A DNA stretch of 64,000 nucleotides from a virus. How positions within the stretch are numbered: the first letter of the stretch is position 1; every line of letters starts with the position of its first letter. The stretch lies in IMG/VR virus record IMGVR_UViG_3300045988_103846. One strand, 5' to 3'. Both the position numbers and the translations under genes were made by a program. Of the stretch, positions 7,821 through 17,700 are shown piece after piece. Below the pieces are notes generated by a model, which saw only the letters and a list, made by a program, of their open reading frames with translations, was not told the DNA's origin and did not search any database.

Positions 7821-10625
7821 CTAGCTAATTAGGGCAATCCATGATTCACCAGTGGCAGCACTAACATCCATCGTACAATCATTATTCAAGGATCCAAAAT
7901 CCCAGCCCCCATAAGATTGATCACCATCCTCATCAAACGGAGCTAACCACTTATCACCAGCAACCACAGTATCACTATCAGGACTCGTACCTACTGAGAA
8001 TCCAAAACTCATATTAGCTGAAATAGGCTCTGCGGTTAAATTTATATGTCCATCATGGGCTTCTGAAATTGTGGTATAAACACCATCATTGTTAATCAAG
8101 AATATCTCCCATCCATCAAAGATTATATAATTAGTTGACTGAGTCAACGGTATAACTCGATAGAAGCTTATATTCTTAATTATATTACCGTCTGAATCGG
8201 TTGAAGTGTTAATGTTGTCAAAAGGTTGAATAGGGATCACCGGAGCATAGCATATCTCGCTTCCTGCATGGTAATAAAGACGTAAGAATGCTTTTATACC
8301 ATAATCTGTAGGATCTTGTGAAAAGGCCACAGGGAATGTGCCCGTAAGGGTCATCTTACGAGTAGAAAGCATGTTCACACCGTAAGTCTCTGAGAGCTCT
8401 ATAGAGTTCGTATTTCCTGAAGCTGCAAAGTCTAACAGCTGATTCTTCAGATTAGAAGTAATAAGGTCATACTCATAGAACACAAAAGTAGTATTGGTAA
8501 AGTGAGTCTTAGAAGTGGATCCAAACACTGGAACTACGTTAGCTTGGGTACTTCCATTCTTAACCCAGAAGTAGAGATAGTTGTAACCCTGCCAATCACC
8601 TTCATTAAGCTTACTAGATAGCTGTTCTATAACAGAGTGTGCAACTGATAGACCAAGATCACTGTCATTTACATAATCAGTTGTCCCTAATTCAATATGA
8701 TCTTCATTAAACTCATTGAGAGTTCCAAATGGTGATACACAAATGGTGATATCGCCTGAAGAGACATTCAACTTACCACAAACTTCATGAGTAATAGTGA
8801 GAGTGTGAGCTTGTTCAGCAGAAGCATCCTGTGTACAATTGCAAGTGGCAATCACATCTCCAGTAGAAGCTTTAAGAACGAGATCAAAGGTTCTCTCTGA
8901 AGAAGTGTTAACATCCGGTGCCAGAGACAAGCTCTTATTTCCGGTACCACTTATTGGTAGCGAGTTGCCACTTACTAAACTGTTGCCAACGTAAGAAGGA
9001 CCATCGATAGTCCAACCAACATTATCTGGATCAGAGATATTCAAATCCAAGCCTGATGGGGATAGATCACTTTGACCATTGCTGTCAAAGCGGAATGTAG
9101 TAGGAACATTCCAAGAAGGACTAACTAAAGATTCCTGATGGTAGGATATAGATGCTGTAGTTGACTTGTTCCCCTCGCCCGTTATCTTCATTTCAATAGT
9201 ATCATCTCTGCTTAGGCCCGTGATGTTCTTACCAACAGTGGCCTTGAGATTAAGCTCATCAATGGTTACCAAACTTGGTACTGATGTGAACTCATAGGTA
9301 AAATCAGTTATAGTTCTAGTAGCACCAGAAGTATAGGTGGCTGTCTGGTTCGGGGATACCTTAGCGGCTATATCTACATCCCCACCAGTCTTTGGAATGT
9401 TTACAGTTGTAGATGTGGCATTAACTGATGAATAGGTTACTTGGTTGGCCTGTTGGTACACATCAATGCTTTGGGTTACTTTAGAGCCATTCCAGGTTAT
9501 AGTGGCTGTAACTGTGTCAAGTTTTGTTCTGGCCTTAACAGTTGAACCAAGATTTGAGCCGTTTACCGTTTTAGACAACGTAATGATAACATCTGAGGAT
9601 GTTATAGAAAGAGTATCGGATTCTCCAGAAGAATAATCAATCTTGCCTGAAGCTGAGATAAAGTTTGGTGAGTCAGCTGAGCCACCAGATGCTGGGATAT
9701 CGTCTAATGAAACAGAAGCAGAGCTTAAAGTGTAGGTGGCCTTATTAGAACCCTGTTTTACAGAGTCGGTGGAAGTTAAGGTCTGACCATTAACGATAAT
9801 GGTTATCTTAATAAGGGCTAACTTATAAGAATCAGTGATGTTCTTTCCCAGAGAATCCATAACTAGCTCTCCTGTTTGCTCGTTTAAGGTCCAGTTATAA
9901 GGGGAACCAGGAGGATCAGTATAATAAGTGTATTTTACAGAATGAGAAGAATTAGATTGTGTAAGAGTTCCACCACCGGATGTTTTGCCATTCCATCCCC
10001 AAGGGATTGAAAATTCGTAAGAAGGGGTAGCAACTCCTCCTTCTGCGCCGATATTCCAATTAGAATATCTCATATTGACACTTGCAGTGCCGTAGGTCTT
10101 CTCGCCTTCTGTCTGGGTAATAGTGATGATTTTAGAAGATACCCCAGGATCACCCGAATCTCGAAGCCTGAAAGTGATGTCCCTAGAGTTCTCTGTCTGA
10201 TTCTCCGCCACGTCAAAAGAGATCTCAAAAGTGTAAGAGCTAGATGCTCCAGGATCACCCGATATCTGATGAGAGGCGTTCCCGTCCCAGGAATAGGCCG
10301 TCCCGTTTACCTTAAGGGCAAAGTTTGAAAGTAAAGAAGAATTAGTGAGATTAGTCAGCTTCAGAGACGGCGAGTTGCTAGTGCCAGTGATTTTCACGGT
10401 GCCACCAAGAGCTGTGACAAAATAATAAGCCTTGTCTACTGTGATAAACTCACCAGCTCCAATCTGTGAGAGAACTACAGAATCATAGGCCCCACCAGAG
10501 GTAACACCTTTGATAGAGCCTGATCTGCTTGACCTTCCAGTATGGGAGCTTGCTTTTAATGATCTTGTTCCTGAGCCACTTCCTGTAGACCCAGATACTA
10601 CAGTGATCCAACTTGGTTTTGCCAT
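7821..10625 (-). CDS. BACON/Ig-like repeat fibre or surface-binding protein (934 aa)
   Basis: The N-terminus MAKPSWITVVSGSTGSGSG...RSGSIKGVT...VVLSQ reads as the distal two thirds of a BACON repeat. There are multiple S/T/G-rich repeats ending xTxxQ (ITITQ, IDVYQ). It lies at the distal end of the tail-fibre block. Confidence 0.65.
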   Translation of the reverse strand: MAKPSWITVVSGSTGSGSGTRSLKASSHTGRSSRSGSIKGVTSGGAYDSVVLSQIGAGEFITVDKAYYFVTALGGTVKITGTSNSPSLKLTNLTNSSLLSNFALKVNGTAYSWDGNASHQISGDPGASSSYTFEISFDVAENQTENSRDITFRLRDSGDPGVSSKIITITQTEGEKTYGTASVNMRYSNWNIGAEGGVATPSYEFSIPWGWNGKTSGGGTLTQSNSSHSVKYTYYTDPPGSPYNWTLNEQTGELVMDSLGKNITDSYKLALIKITIIVNGQTLTSTDSVKQGSNKATYTLSSASVSLDDIPASGGSADSPNFISASGKIDYSSGESDTLSITSSDVIITLSKTVNGSNLGSTVKARTKLDTVTATITWNGSKVTQSIDVYQQANQVTYSSVNATSTTVNIPKTGGDVDIAAKVSPNQTATYTSGATRTITDFTYEFTSVPSLVTIDELNLKATVGKNITGLSRDDTIEMKITGEGNKSTTASISYHQESLVSPSWNVPTTFRFDSNGQSDLSPSGLDLNISDPDNVGWTIDGPSYVGNSLVSGNSLPISGTGNKSLSLAPDVNTSSERTFDLVLKASTGDVIATCNCTQDASAEQAHTLTITHEVCGKLNVSSGDITICVSPFGTLNEFNEDHIELGTTDYVNDSDLGLSVAHSVIEQLSSKLNEGDWQGYNYLYFWVKNGSTQANVVPVFGSTSKTHFTNTTFVFYEYDLITSNLKNQLLDFAASGNTNSIELSETYGVNMLSTRKMTLTGTFPVAFSQDPTDYGIKAFLRLYYHAGSEICYAPVIPIQPFDNINTSTDSDGNIIKNISFYRVIPLTQSTNYIIFDGWEIFLINNDGVYTTISEAHDGHINLTAEPISANMSFGFSVGTSPDSDTVVAGDKWLAPFDEDGDQSYGGWDFGSLNNDCTMDVSAATGESWIALIS

Positions 10626-10642
10626 GATGATTCTGTTTTTAG

Positions 10643-10677
10643 AAAAAATTAGAAGATGAGAGGGGTTTCGCCCCCTC
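10643..10677 (-). terminator. terminator-like hairpin between the two BACON-repeat genes
   Basis: The minus strand reads GAGGGG GCGAAA CCCCTC, then TCATCTTCTAATTTTTT. The U-tract is displaced by about 11 nt. Confidence 0.45.
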
Positions 10678-10693
10678 CCACCTTATGACAGTC

Positions 10694-12346
10694 TTATTCA
10701 AGAGTCCAGCTGTCGTTTGACTCTATAGTGAGCTCCTTGGATTCTCCGGCAGCCACAAAGGTGAGGCTCTCTGGAGTGAGGTTGATGTAGGAAGAAGACC
10801 CCTGCTGACTAAACGTGAAGTCTCTGGTGGCAGTCTTGCTGCCCTCGCCGGTGACAGTAACTGTCACTACAAAGCCTCCACGAGGCTCCGTAGTAGGGTT
10901 GGCTCCAACAGAGACGATGCCGTCAGAAGAGAGAGCAAACCCAGTTGCGGCGGTCTTGACCTTTGGACTGAGATCAAAGACAACCGCAGCAGTAGTGCTG
11001 GCCTCTGTTCTGGTGGCGCCAGAAGTATAGGTGACAGTCTGCTTAGCTCCAACATTGGAGTTGTCGGTCATGTTGCGGCTTTGGGTACCATCTGCCTTGA
11101 GTGAAATCTCTGTGGCAACGGCAGAGTCAAAGGTGATGTCACCGTAAGTGGCGGTATTGGCTGCCTGATATACATCCACAGAAGCGGACTTGGTAGCTGT
11201 AGTCTTCCAGGTAACTGTAGCAGTGAGAGTGCCTTTCTTAGTTCTGTTGGTAACAGTAGTACCAAGTGAAGCAGCTGAAACTCCCTCACTAAATGTGATG
11301 GTACAATCATCAGAGCCGTTGGTGAGGGCAACATCACTGGTGACTGAACCTGAGGTATAGGTTTTGGAACCCTTGGCTGTAACGGTGGCAGAAGATACTG
11401 AACCTCCGGAAGCTGGGATGTCAGCTGGAGCAGCCAGTTTCACATCTGTAACGGCATAGGTTACAGAGTTAGCCTGCTGGCTAACTGAAACTTCCTTGGA
11501 AGCGGACTTGCCGTTAGCCGTGAGGGTGATGGTCACTGTTCCTGAAATTACCGCACCAACAGTAGTGCCACGGGAAGCCGCAGTCACCTGACCCGTAGCT
11601 GTGGCAAGGGTAAGGGCTTCTGGCCAGCCCGTCTTAGTTGCATAAGCAACAGTGCCACCGGTAGTAATGGTGCCACCCCCCGAGGTAACACCGTTCCATC
11701 CCCAAGGCTGGGAGAAGGAAACAGAAGGAGCATCAACTGTACCACCGGCAGCAGGGATTTGCTGATAAGTGCCCACGGTGAGGGTAACAGCACCATAAGA
11801 CTTAACACCCTTGGCCTGAGTGATGGTGATAGCTTCTGTGGTCACATCGCCGTTACCATTCTGAAGCTTGATCTCCAATGTTCTGGCAGCTTCTGTCTTG
11901 TTCTCTGGGATCTTGACGTCGATAGTGAAGGTGAATTCTGCATTCTTACCCGGATCGTCATCAATGCCCGTGTCAGTCTTTCCATCCCAAGAATCATCAT
12001 TGACTGCGTTGACTTGGATCTTGTAGGCTGCCCCAGGGATAATCTTGCCCGTAGTCTCGGCCACCTTGATGTTTGCCGTATTTGCGGTACCAGTGATCTG
12101 AATGGTGTCAGAACCGTCAGAGTTGCTACCTTTTGCAGCGGCATTGTAAGTCTTGGTCGGCACATTAATGAACTCAGCCTTACCGGCCTGAGAAACTGAA
12201 GTAGTGTCGGTTGCACCTCCAGTTGTTTTAGCAGTGATTGTTCCACCTCTCTGCTGACGACCCGTGTACTCACTGGCGGTAACAGTTGTGGAATCGTTCA
12301 TGGAACCTGAGCTCTTGCCCAGTTTGATCCAACTCGGTTTTGCCAT
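10694..12346 (-). CDS. BACON/Ig-like repeat fibre or surface-binding protein (550 aa)
   Basis: The N-terminus MAKPSWIKLGKSSGS...GGTITAKT...TSVSQ is paralogous to that of the 934-aa ORF. Internal repeats end ITITQ, VSVSQ, VDVYQ and FTFSQ. The C-terminus ends mid-repeat (ELTIESNDSWTLE*). Confidence 0.65.
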   Translation of the reverse strand: MAKPSWIKLGKSSGSMNDSTTVTASEYTGRQQRGGTITAKTTGGATDTTSVSQAGKAEFINVPTKTYNAAAKGSNSDGSDTIQITGTANTANIKVAETTGKIIPGAAYKIQVNAVNDDSWDGKTDTGIDDDPGKNAEFTFTIDVKIPENKTEAARTLEIKLQNGNGDVTTEAITITQAKGVKSYGAVTLTVGTYQQIPAAGGTVDAPSVSFSQPWGWNGVTSGGGTITTGGTVAYATKTGWPEALTLATATGQVTAASRGTTVGAVISGTVTITLTANGKSASKEVSVSQQANSVTYAVTDVKLAAPADIPASGGSVSSATVTAKGSKTYTSGSVTSDVALTNGSDDCTITFSEGVSAASLGTTVTNRTKKGTLTATVTWKTTATKSASVDVYQAANTATYGDITFDSAVATEISLKADGTQSRNMTDNSNVGAKQTVTYTSGATRTEASTTAAVVFDLSPKVKTAATGFALSSDGIVSVGANPTTEPRGGFVVTVTVTGEGSKTATRDFTFSQQGSSSYINLTPESLTFVAAGESKELTIESNDSWTLE

Positions 12347-12376
12347 ACTTTTTAATGGTTTTAGAAAGTTAATAAA

Positions 12377-12556
12377 TTAACCTTTGTTAGGTGTTTCGTC
12401 GTTGTATTTAACTCCAAGAGTCCATGGAGCATTAGACTCTATAGTTAGATCTTTAGTGCTCTCTGGGTCCGGGAATTCTAAGTTCTCTGGAACAAGTTTG
12501 ATAAACTCATCCAGAGGTTGATGCTTGTGCATCATCAGAGCTCTAAATACACTCAT
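12377..12556 (-). CDS. small ORF (59 aa) ending in a half BACON-like repeat
   Basis: Not in the track because it is under 60 aa. ATG at 12556-12554, TAA at 12379-12377. Sequence: MSVFRALMMHKHQPLDEFIKLVPENLEFPDPESTKDLTIESNAPWTLGVKYNDETPNKG. The segment LVPENLEF..ESTKDLTIESNAPWTL parallels the C-terminus of the 550-aa ORF (LTPESLTF..GESKELTIESNDSWTL). Confidence 0.55.
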   Translation of the reverse strand: MSVFRALMMHKHQPLDEFIKLVPENLEFPDPESTKDLTIESNAPWTLGVKYNDETPNKG

Positions 12557-12559
12557 AGC

Positions 12560-12916
12560 TTAGGCTTTTGGAAATTCTCCCCAGACAGCCAGAGACCCGA
12601 TCACTGAGATCACATATATGTGATCAGCTTGAGTGACAGGAGCCTCACCGTTCATCCATTTGATGGTGGAGTCACCCACGATAGCATGGATGGTTGCTCC
12701 CACTTCGATAGTATAGACAGTCTCTTTGTGAGATGCGCTTGCCTGAACAATGTAATCGTTCTCGAGCTCTGGGACATCTACGTAGGTGACACCATCTAGT
12801 CTATCCAGTACTTGTTTTACGTCCTCATTCTTATATTTTACCTGATCTGAGTTTGTGACATATTGGCCCTCTAATGGTCGTCTTAGTTCGCCATAGATCT
12901 TGATATAATCTGCCAT
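12560..12916 (-). CDS. hypothetical protein (118 aa), fibre-module associated
   Basis: ATG ORF packed between fibre genes. Confidence 0.6.
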   Translation of the reverse strand: MADYIKIYGELRRPLEGQYVTNSDQVKYKNEDVKQVLDRLDGVTYVDVPELENDYIVQASASHKETVYTIEVGATIHAIVGDSTIKWMNGEAPVTQADHIYVISVIGSLAVWGEFPKA

Positions 12917-12929
12917 GATATTCTAAGTT

Positions 12930-14705
12930 TTAAGAGATAACAATGGTCATAGGGTCAGTACCAGGAAGATCCTTAGTTCGATAGCACTTGTAGGTTCCCA
13001 GTGGAGTAGAAGCCTCTACTGGAGCCAAGAACGGAACATCGAAACCACTAGATGTAACCTTGTTGATTGACATGGTGTTAGGGACACAGAGCCACAGGTA
13101 CTTAGTAGCATCATCATTGTTAAGAGTCTTGGTACCATTGAGAGAAGAGCCTCCCTTAGTCAGTGAAGTGATAGTCAACTCATTTCCTGTGGTGGCCTTA
13201 GAGAATCCATAGTATACTGGGAGATATAGATTAGCACTGATAGACCTTGGTGAGTTCTTTATAGTAGTAGAACCCTTCTTAGCAGTGACTGAGCCAGATT
13301 TGTAGCCCCGAGTAGAAAGAGTGAATTTCTCTGAGCCCTCCGCTACATTCTCCAGGGTCTTAGTCTCGCCGTTGAACTGGATCTGGACAGTGTCAGCTAC
13401 TACTGGCTTAGAGTTTCTGAGAACCCTGAAAGATACACTGACCTCTACTGAGTTACCTGTCCATTCTGCCGAAGACGGCGAGATGGAAGCCTCAAGTGAA
13501 GTCGGGAAGCAATGGTCCTGCAACTCAGTAATGGCCTTGGTGACAGCCTTGTTTTGAACTGCATTGGTAGATTCTGCATCAAGCTCAGCATCTACTGTAA
13601 TACTTCCCCCCGGTGTGTCTGGCTTATTGAGGATAGCCCCTGGAGTTCCGGGCTCGGCATTCCAATCAGGCTTAACATTCTTTTGAGCCCCCTCCTCCAT
13701 ACCATCCAGTTTATCCTTATCTTCCTGGGTGAAGTCTTTGGTAGAAAGACCCTTGCCCTCTTCTTTCTGAACGTAGTTGCTGAGGTCCTGATGTTTGGTC
13801 AAGAAGTTGGAATCATTCTCAAGCTCTGACACCTTGGTGGGAACCTTGATATTTACTTCCTTGTTCTCTACTGGAAGCTCAGTTCCATTGACCTTGATCT
13901 TCTCGATAACGTTTTCTTGACCCCCTGTGCCTGAGCCTCCTGGAATCTCAATATTACCCTCACCGAAAATGGACTGACCATTGATAGTCTTAGTCTTGAG
14001 ATCATTCTCTAATTCGGAGAGCCTGCTGGGGATGTCAGTGGTATTGGCCTTCTCGTTTAGGGATTCTTCTAGAGAATCTACTTTTTGGGAAAGGGAGTCT
14101 ACTAGAGTTTTATCGGGTTTAGTCTCTAGCGCTTGGTTTACTTCCTCCTTGGTGTAAGCCTTGTCGGAACCCATAATGCCCAGATCTTCCAGAGTCTTAT
14201 TGCCCTCTAGGACTACGTCATTGATAGAAGGCTTATGCTCCAGATCATTGTAGTCTGAAGTACCGCTTCCTCCCGTGTTAACGTTCTTACCTAAATTGAC
14301 AACCTCTAGATCGATCCCCATAGTGAGATCAATGCCATAGCCATTCTCACCCTCAGTATCTTGGGTAGAATAGTCTGTATCGCCCTGGCATCGAACCACA
14401 TGGATAATATTGCACTCATAAGCCCTCTTATTCAAGCCCCCCTTAACAAAAGAGACTTCAACATCATAATCGGTAAGCTTTAATTTAGTTCCCGATACTA
14501 GAGTGCTTATGACATTCTTGCCCACAATCTTGAAAGGGGCAAGGCGGAGAACATGGCCATTGATCTGGCTGATTAACTTGACTTCTAGAGACTTAGCATC
14601 CCTTATATCATAGGGATCAGGAGCCTGAGTCTCTTTATTAGGTGTAGATAGGGCGATGTTCAGGGTAAAGTCATTACCCTGAACCACCGTTACAAAGTTA
14701 TTCAT
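12930..14705 (-). CDS. tail fibre protein (591 aa)
   Basis: Position after the large fibre gene. Repeated SELEND motif, coiled-coil-like middle, and KGLSTKDFTQEDKDKLDGMEEGAQKNV, a motif I associate with phage fibre proteins. Confidence 0.6.
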   Translation of the reverse strand: MNNFVTVVQGNDFTLNIALSTPNKETQAPDPYDIRDAKSLEVKLISQINGHVLRLAPFKIVGKNVISTLVSGTKLKLTDYDVEVSFVKGGLNKRAYECNIIHVVRCQGDTDYSTQDTEGENGYGIDLTMGIDLEVVNLGKNVNTGGSGTSDYNDLEHKPSINDVVLEGNKTLEDLGIMGSDKAYTKEEVNQALETKPDKTLVDSLSQKVDSLEESLNEKANTTDIPSRLSELENDLKTKTINGQSIFGEGNIEIPGGSGTGGQENVIEKIKVNGTELPVENKEVNIKVPTKVSELENDSNFLTKHQDLSNYVQKEEGKGLSTKDFTQEDKDKLDGMEEGAQKNVKPDWNAEPGTPGAILNKPDTPGGSITVDAELDAESTNAVQNKAVTKAITELQDHCFPTSLEASISPSSAEWTGNSVEVSVSFRVLRNSKPVVADTVQIQFNGETKTLENVAEGSEKFTLSTRGYKSGSVTAKKGSTTIKNSPRSISANLYLPVYYGFSKATTGNELTITSLTKGGSSLNGTKTLNNDDATKYLWLCVPNTMSINKVTSSGFDVPFLAPVEASTPLGTYKCYRTKDLPGTDPMTIVIS

Positions 14706-14717
14706 AAGTGTGTGAAT

Positions 14718-17700
14718 TTACAGAGTGACTTGTCGATAAGTGAATTTAATAGTGGAATTACTCAACCAGAAATCATGTCTAACTGTAGTCCATCCACTAG
14801 TACCCTCTTGAGTAGCTATCAAAGAAGCCGATAAACCATTGTAAGCACCATTATTGTTTCGGGTAATAACTAGAGGAGCTATTCCAAAACAAGTCTGAAG
14901 ATAAACAGGGTAGTGTTGAACAAGGTTCATGAGAACTAACATAGAGTTCTTAGTAAAACCAAGGTTGTTTAAGGAAACTCCATAGTTGCTGATATCTACT
15001 ACTCCATAACCAGGTCTCGGACGGTAATGAGGTATCTCAGTGGTATATAGCTTGATAGGTCCCATAAAGGCCTCCTGAGAATTAAACTTAAAACCATAGT
15101 CTTTAGCTAACATCTCCAAGTCTAACCCTCGGTCCCCCTGATCATTTATGTCTTTGAGAGATAGTTGGAAATATTCTCTTCCAGACCTGATTAGGGAGAT
15201 TCCTGAAGAGTGGATCTTTATAGATTGACCCTGATTAAAAGTATTAAGTATCAACAGAGGGTGTATAAGAGAACTATCAACAGAGCTCTTTAAGTTAAAT
15301 AAAAACTCTATGCCTTGAAGAGTAAGGGTTTCCCAACCAGTACCTTTAGCCAGTACCTTACGTGTAATTCGAAGAACAACCTCATATACTCCACCTACTA
15401 ATTCTGGTATTGCTTCTCTAACCTCAGTTTTAGAATCTCCAGAAGAAACGAAGGATGGGAAATAAGCTTCAAACTCTTCTTGATCTAACAGTGTTTGGAA
15501 TGATATAGGGTAATCTCCTGTGAGAGACATTAATACACACTCAGTGTTTTGGGTTTTATTCTTTAAGACCAAATGAAGACCAAGGTCACCTTCAAAACCA
15601 CTGATCTTTGACAATTGACTTTCAGCTGAAGAAGTAGGTCCATATTCTAGATGATCGGCTTGGGATATCTTAGAATTATAGACTGCTAAGACAGTGGATC
15701 CTGGGAACTTATACCTGTCTTTCGGTGATACCACTACATCAGGTAGTGGTTCTACATCGGGTTGCTTCAATGAAGCTTTTTCTCCTCCTATCACCCAATC
15801 AGGTATTAGAGTAATATCAATTACACTAGTACCCCCCTGAGCAATAATTCTATCTACTTCTTCTTCTTCAAAACCTATTCGTAAAGGGTCATATTTTATA
15901 GTCTCAGTATTCCCCGTTTTAATAGTCCAGAACATCAGGTCTGAGTTCAGATGTTTCTCAATATAATCAAGAATAACATTCTCTGAATTACCCGAAGAAA
16001 TAGGTATTATCCCATTATTGCCGTTATCATCAAGTATTTTATATACATGATCATAAGTATCGCCCGTAACCAGGGCAATTATAAGAGCATCTGCTTGAAC
16101 TACTTTGTCATCCCAATCATTATTTGAATCATAGTAGACTATCTTTATGGTACCACCAGTATAATTTTGCCCATATAAGCTAGTTATAGGAATCATGACT
16201 CCCAGCTGATCTACTACATTGGTAAAATCATCTCCCATAGTAGTAAATGGCTCATTAGACTCAGGATCTATAAGTATTCTCTGAATATCATCTTTATCAT
16301 ATACCGCCATTTCATTACCCTCAGTCTCTACCCTAGCTCCCTTAGAAGCAGTTTGAAGAACCCGGACAATAGCATTCTCTATTACTGCATTCTCAGTGAA
16401 GAGAAGTCCTGTAGCAATATTAGCAAACTGTCCCTGGAAAGCACCCCAATAAGCTTTACCCTCAGCAGTATTTGGAGCAGGGGTAGTCTGATCGATGAAC
16501 TGCTTAGACTGAATAGCTAAATAGTACTTACCCTCTGATTCCTCTGGGCCCTGGTAGTAAACCACATCTACTCGAATAGTAGTGTCATCTTCCATACCAG
16601 TATATAGACCATCAGCTTTCCAAGGACCCTGGTAGTTCACTACAGTAGCTTTACTAATTGCGCTAGAGCCATCTGAGCCACATCGGGAGTAACTCAAAGA
16701 TACTGTAGTAGAACCATTAGACCAAGTATAAGTTATTCTGATCCAGAGGTATTGTCCTGGGATTCCCTCTACTGGAGTAGGGCTCCAAGAAGTAGGAACC
16801 TCAGTGTTTGTAGTGATAGCATACTCGGTCTTAGTTTTAGACTCAATGATATAAGGGGTGTCACCATCATCACCGTCTTTTCCGTCTAGTATTATGAATA
16901 CGTCTTCGGTATCCCAAAGTACCCCGTCTACAGAATATTCAAAATGAATCTTACTAGAGATACGACTGCAGTCAATAGCCCCAGAATAGTTCAACAAGCT
17001 ACCGCTATCTATCTTATATTTAAGTACACCGTCTTGAGTCTCTTCCTGAGTACTACCAACGGTCTTCAGCTTTTTACAAGTGATACTTACGGGGTCAAGA
17101 TTGCCATTCTTATCTTTGTGAATGACACTTACGGAAGGCTTAAGGCTATAAAGGGTAACATCTTCCCCAGGAGTACCTGCTTTCACGCAATTGACTGAGA
17201 AGACTACCTGCTTGATATAAGACTGTTCTTTGACAGTAGCTTTTACAGTGATCTCTACCTGGAAAGAATCTACCAGAGAGTTATTGTCTATAGAGACTGT
17301 GACCTTCCCAGTAGAAACATTGGAAACAACATGAACACTGTTAATTGTATTACCCACTAATTTAGTAGTAAGGGAGTCAAGAGTGAGTTTCTTGAGACCA
17401 TACCACATAGACACTACAGGACTAAACTCCCAAGCACTCTCAGTTCTGCCATCATAAGAGAGAGCAATAGACTCAATCTCATTGTCAAGGTCAGCTACAA
17501 TTGCAGATTCACCGTCTTCTCCTGATACATCTTGCCAATGGTAGTCGGTAGGATTCTGACTATCTACACAAGTGGATGGATCCGCAGAATAATCTACATA
17601 AGTACCCATGTACTTGAACTTCTGACCAGAAGGCTTCTGAGTAGTGAAATTAGCCCAATCAGGGGCTAAAGAATTAGCCCAAGCTATATGGAGACAAGCA

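Noticed and set aside
10626-10693. T4 gene-60-like translational bypass across the 68-nt gap between the two BACON-repeat genes.
   Set aside because: The take-off codon GAA before the TAA has a possible landing GAA, but that GAA is 5 nt from the ATG and out of frame with the downstream ORF. No matching take-off/landing pair restores the frame.
10815-12273. Alternative-frame and antisense ORFs inside the 550-aa BACON-repeat gene. Similar ORFs occur inside the tape measure (26331..27830), the capsid gene (35541..36248) and other large genes.
   Set aside because: This is the same compositional artefact. There are no independent starts or leaders, and the sequences are dominated by L/S/P/R.
12347-12379. 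Stop-codon readthrough fusing the 59-aa ORF to the 550-aa BACON protein. There is a single in-frame TAA followed by a 30-nt stop-free spacer.
   Set aside because: In-frame spacing has a 1-in-3 chance, and the spacer looks like an ordinary A/T-rich leader. The second junction (10626-10693) is out of frame and contains a terminator-like hairpin. The observation is kept as a detail of the split-domain finding, not as a separate claim.
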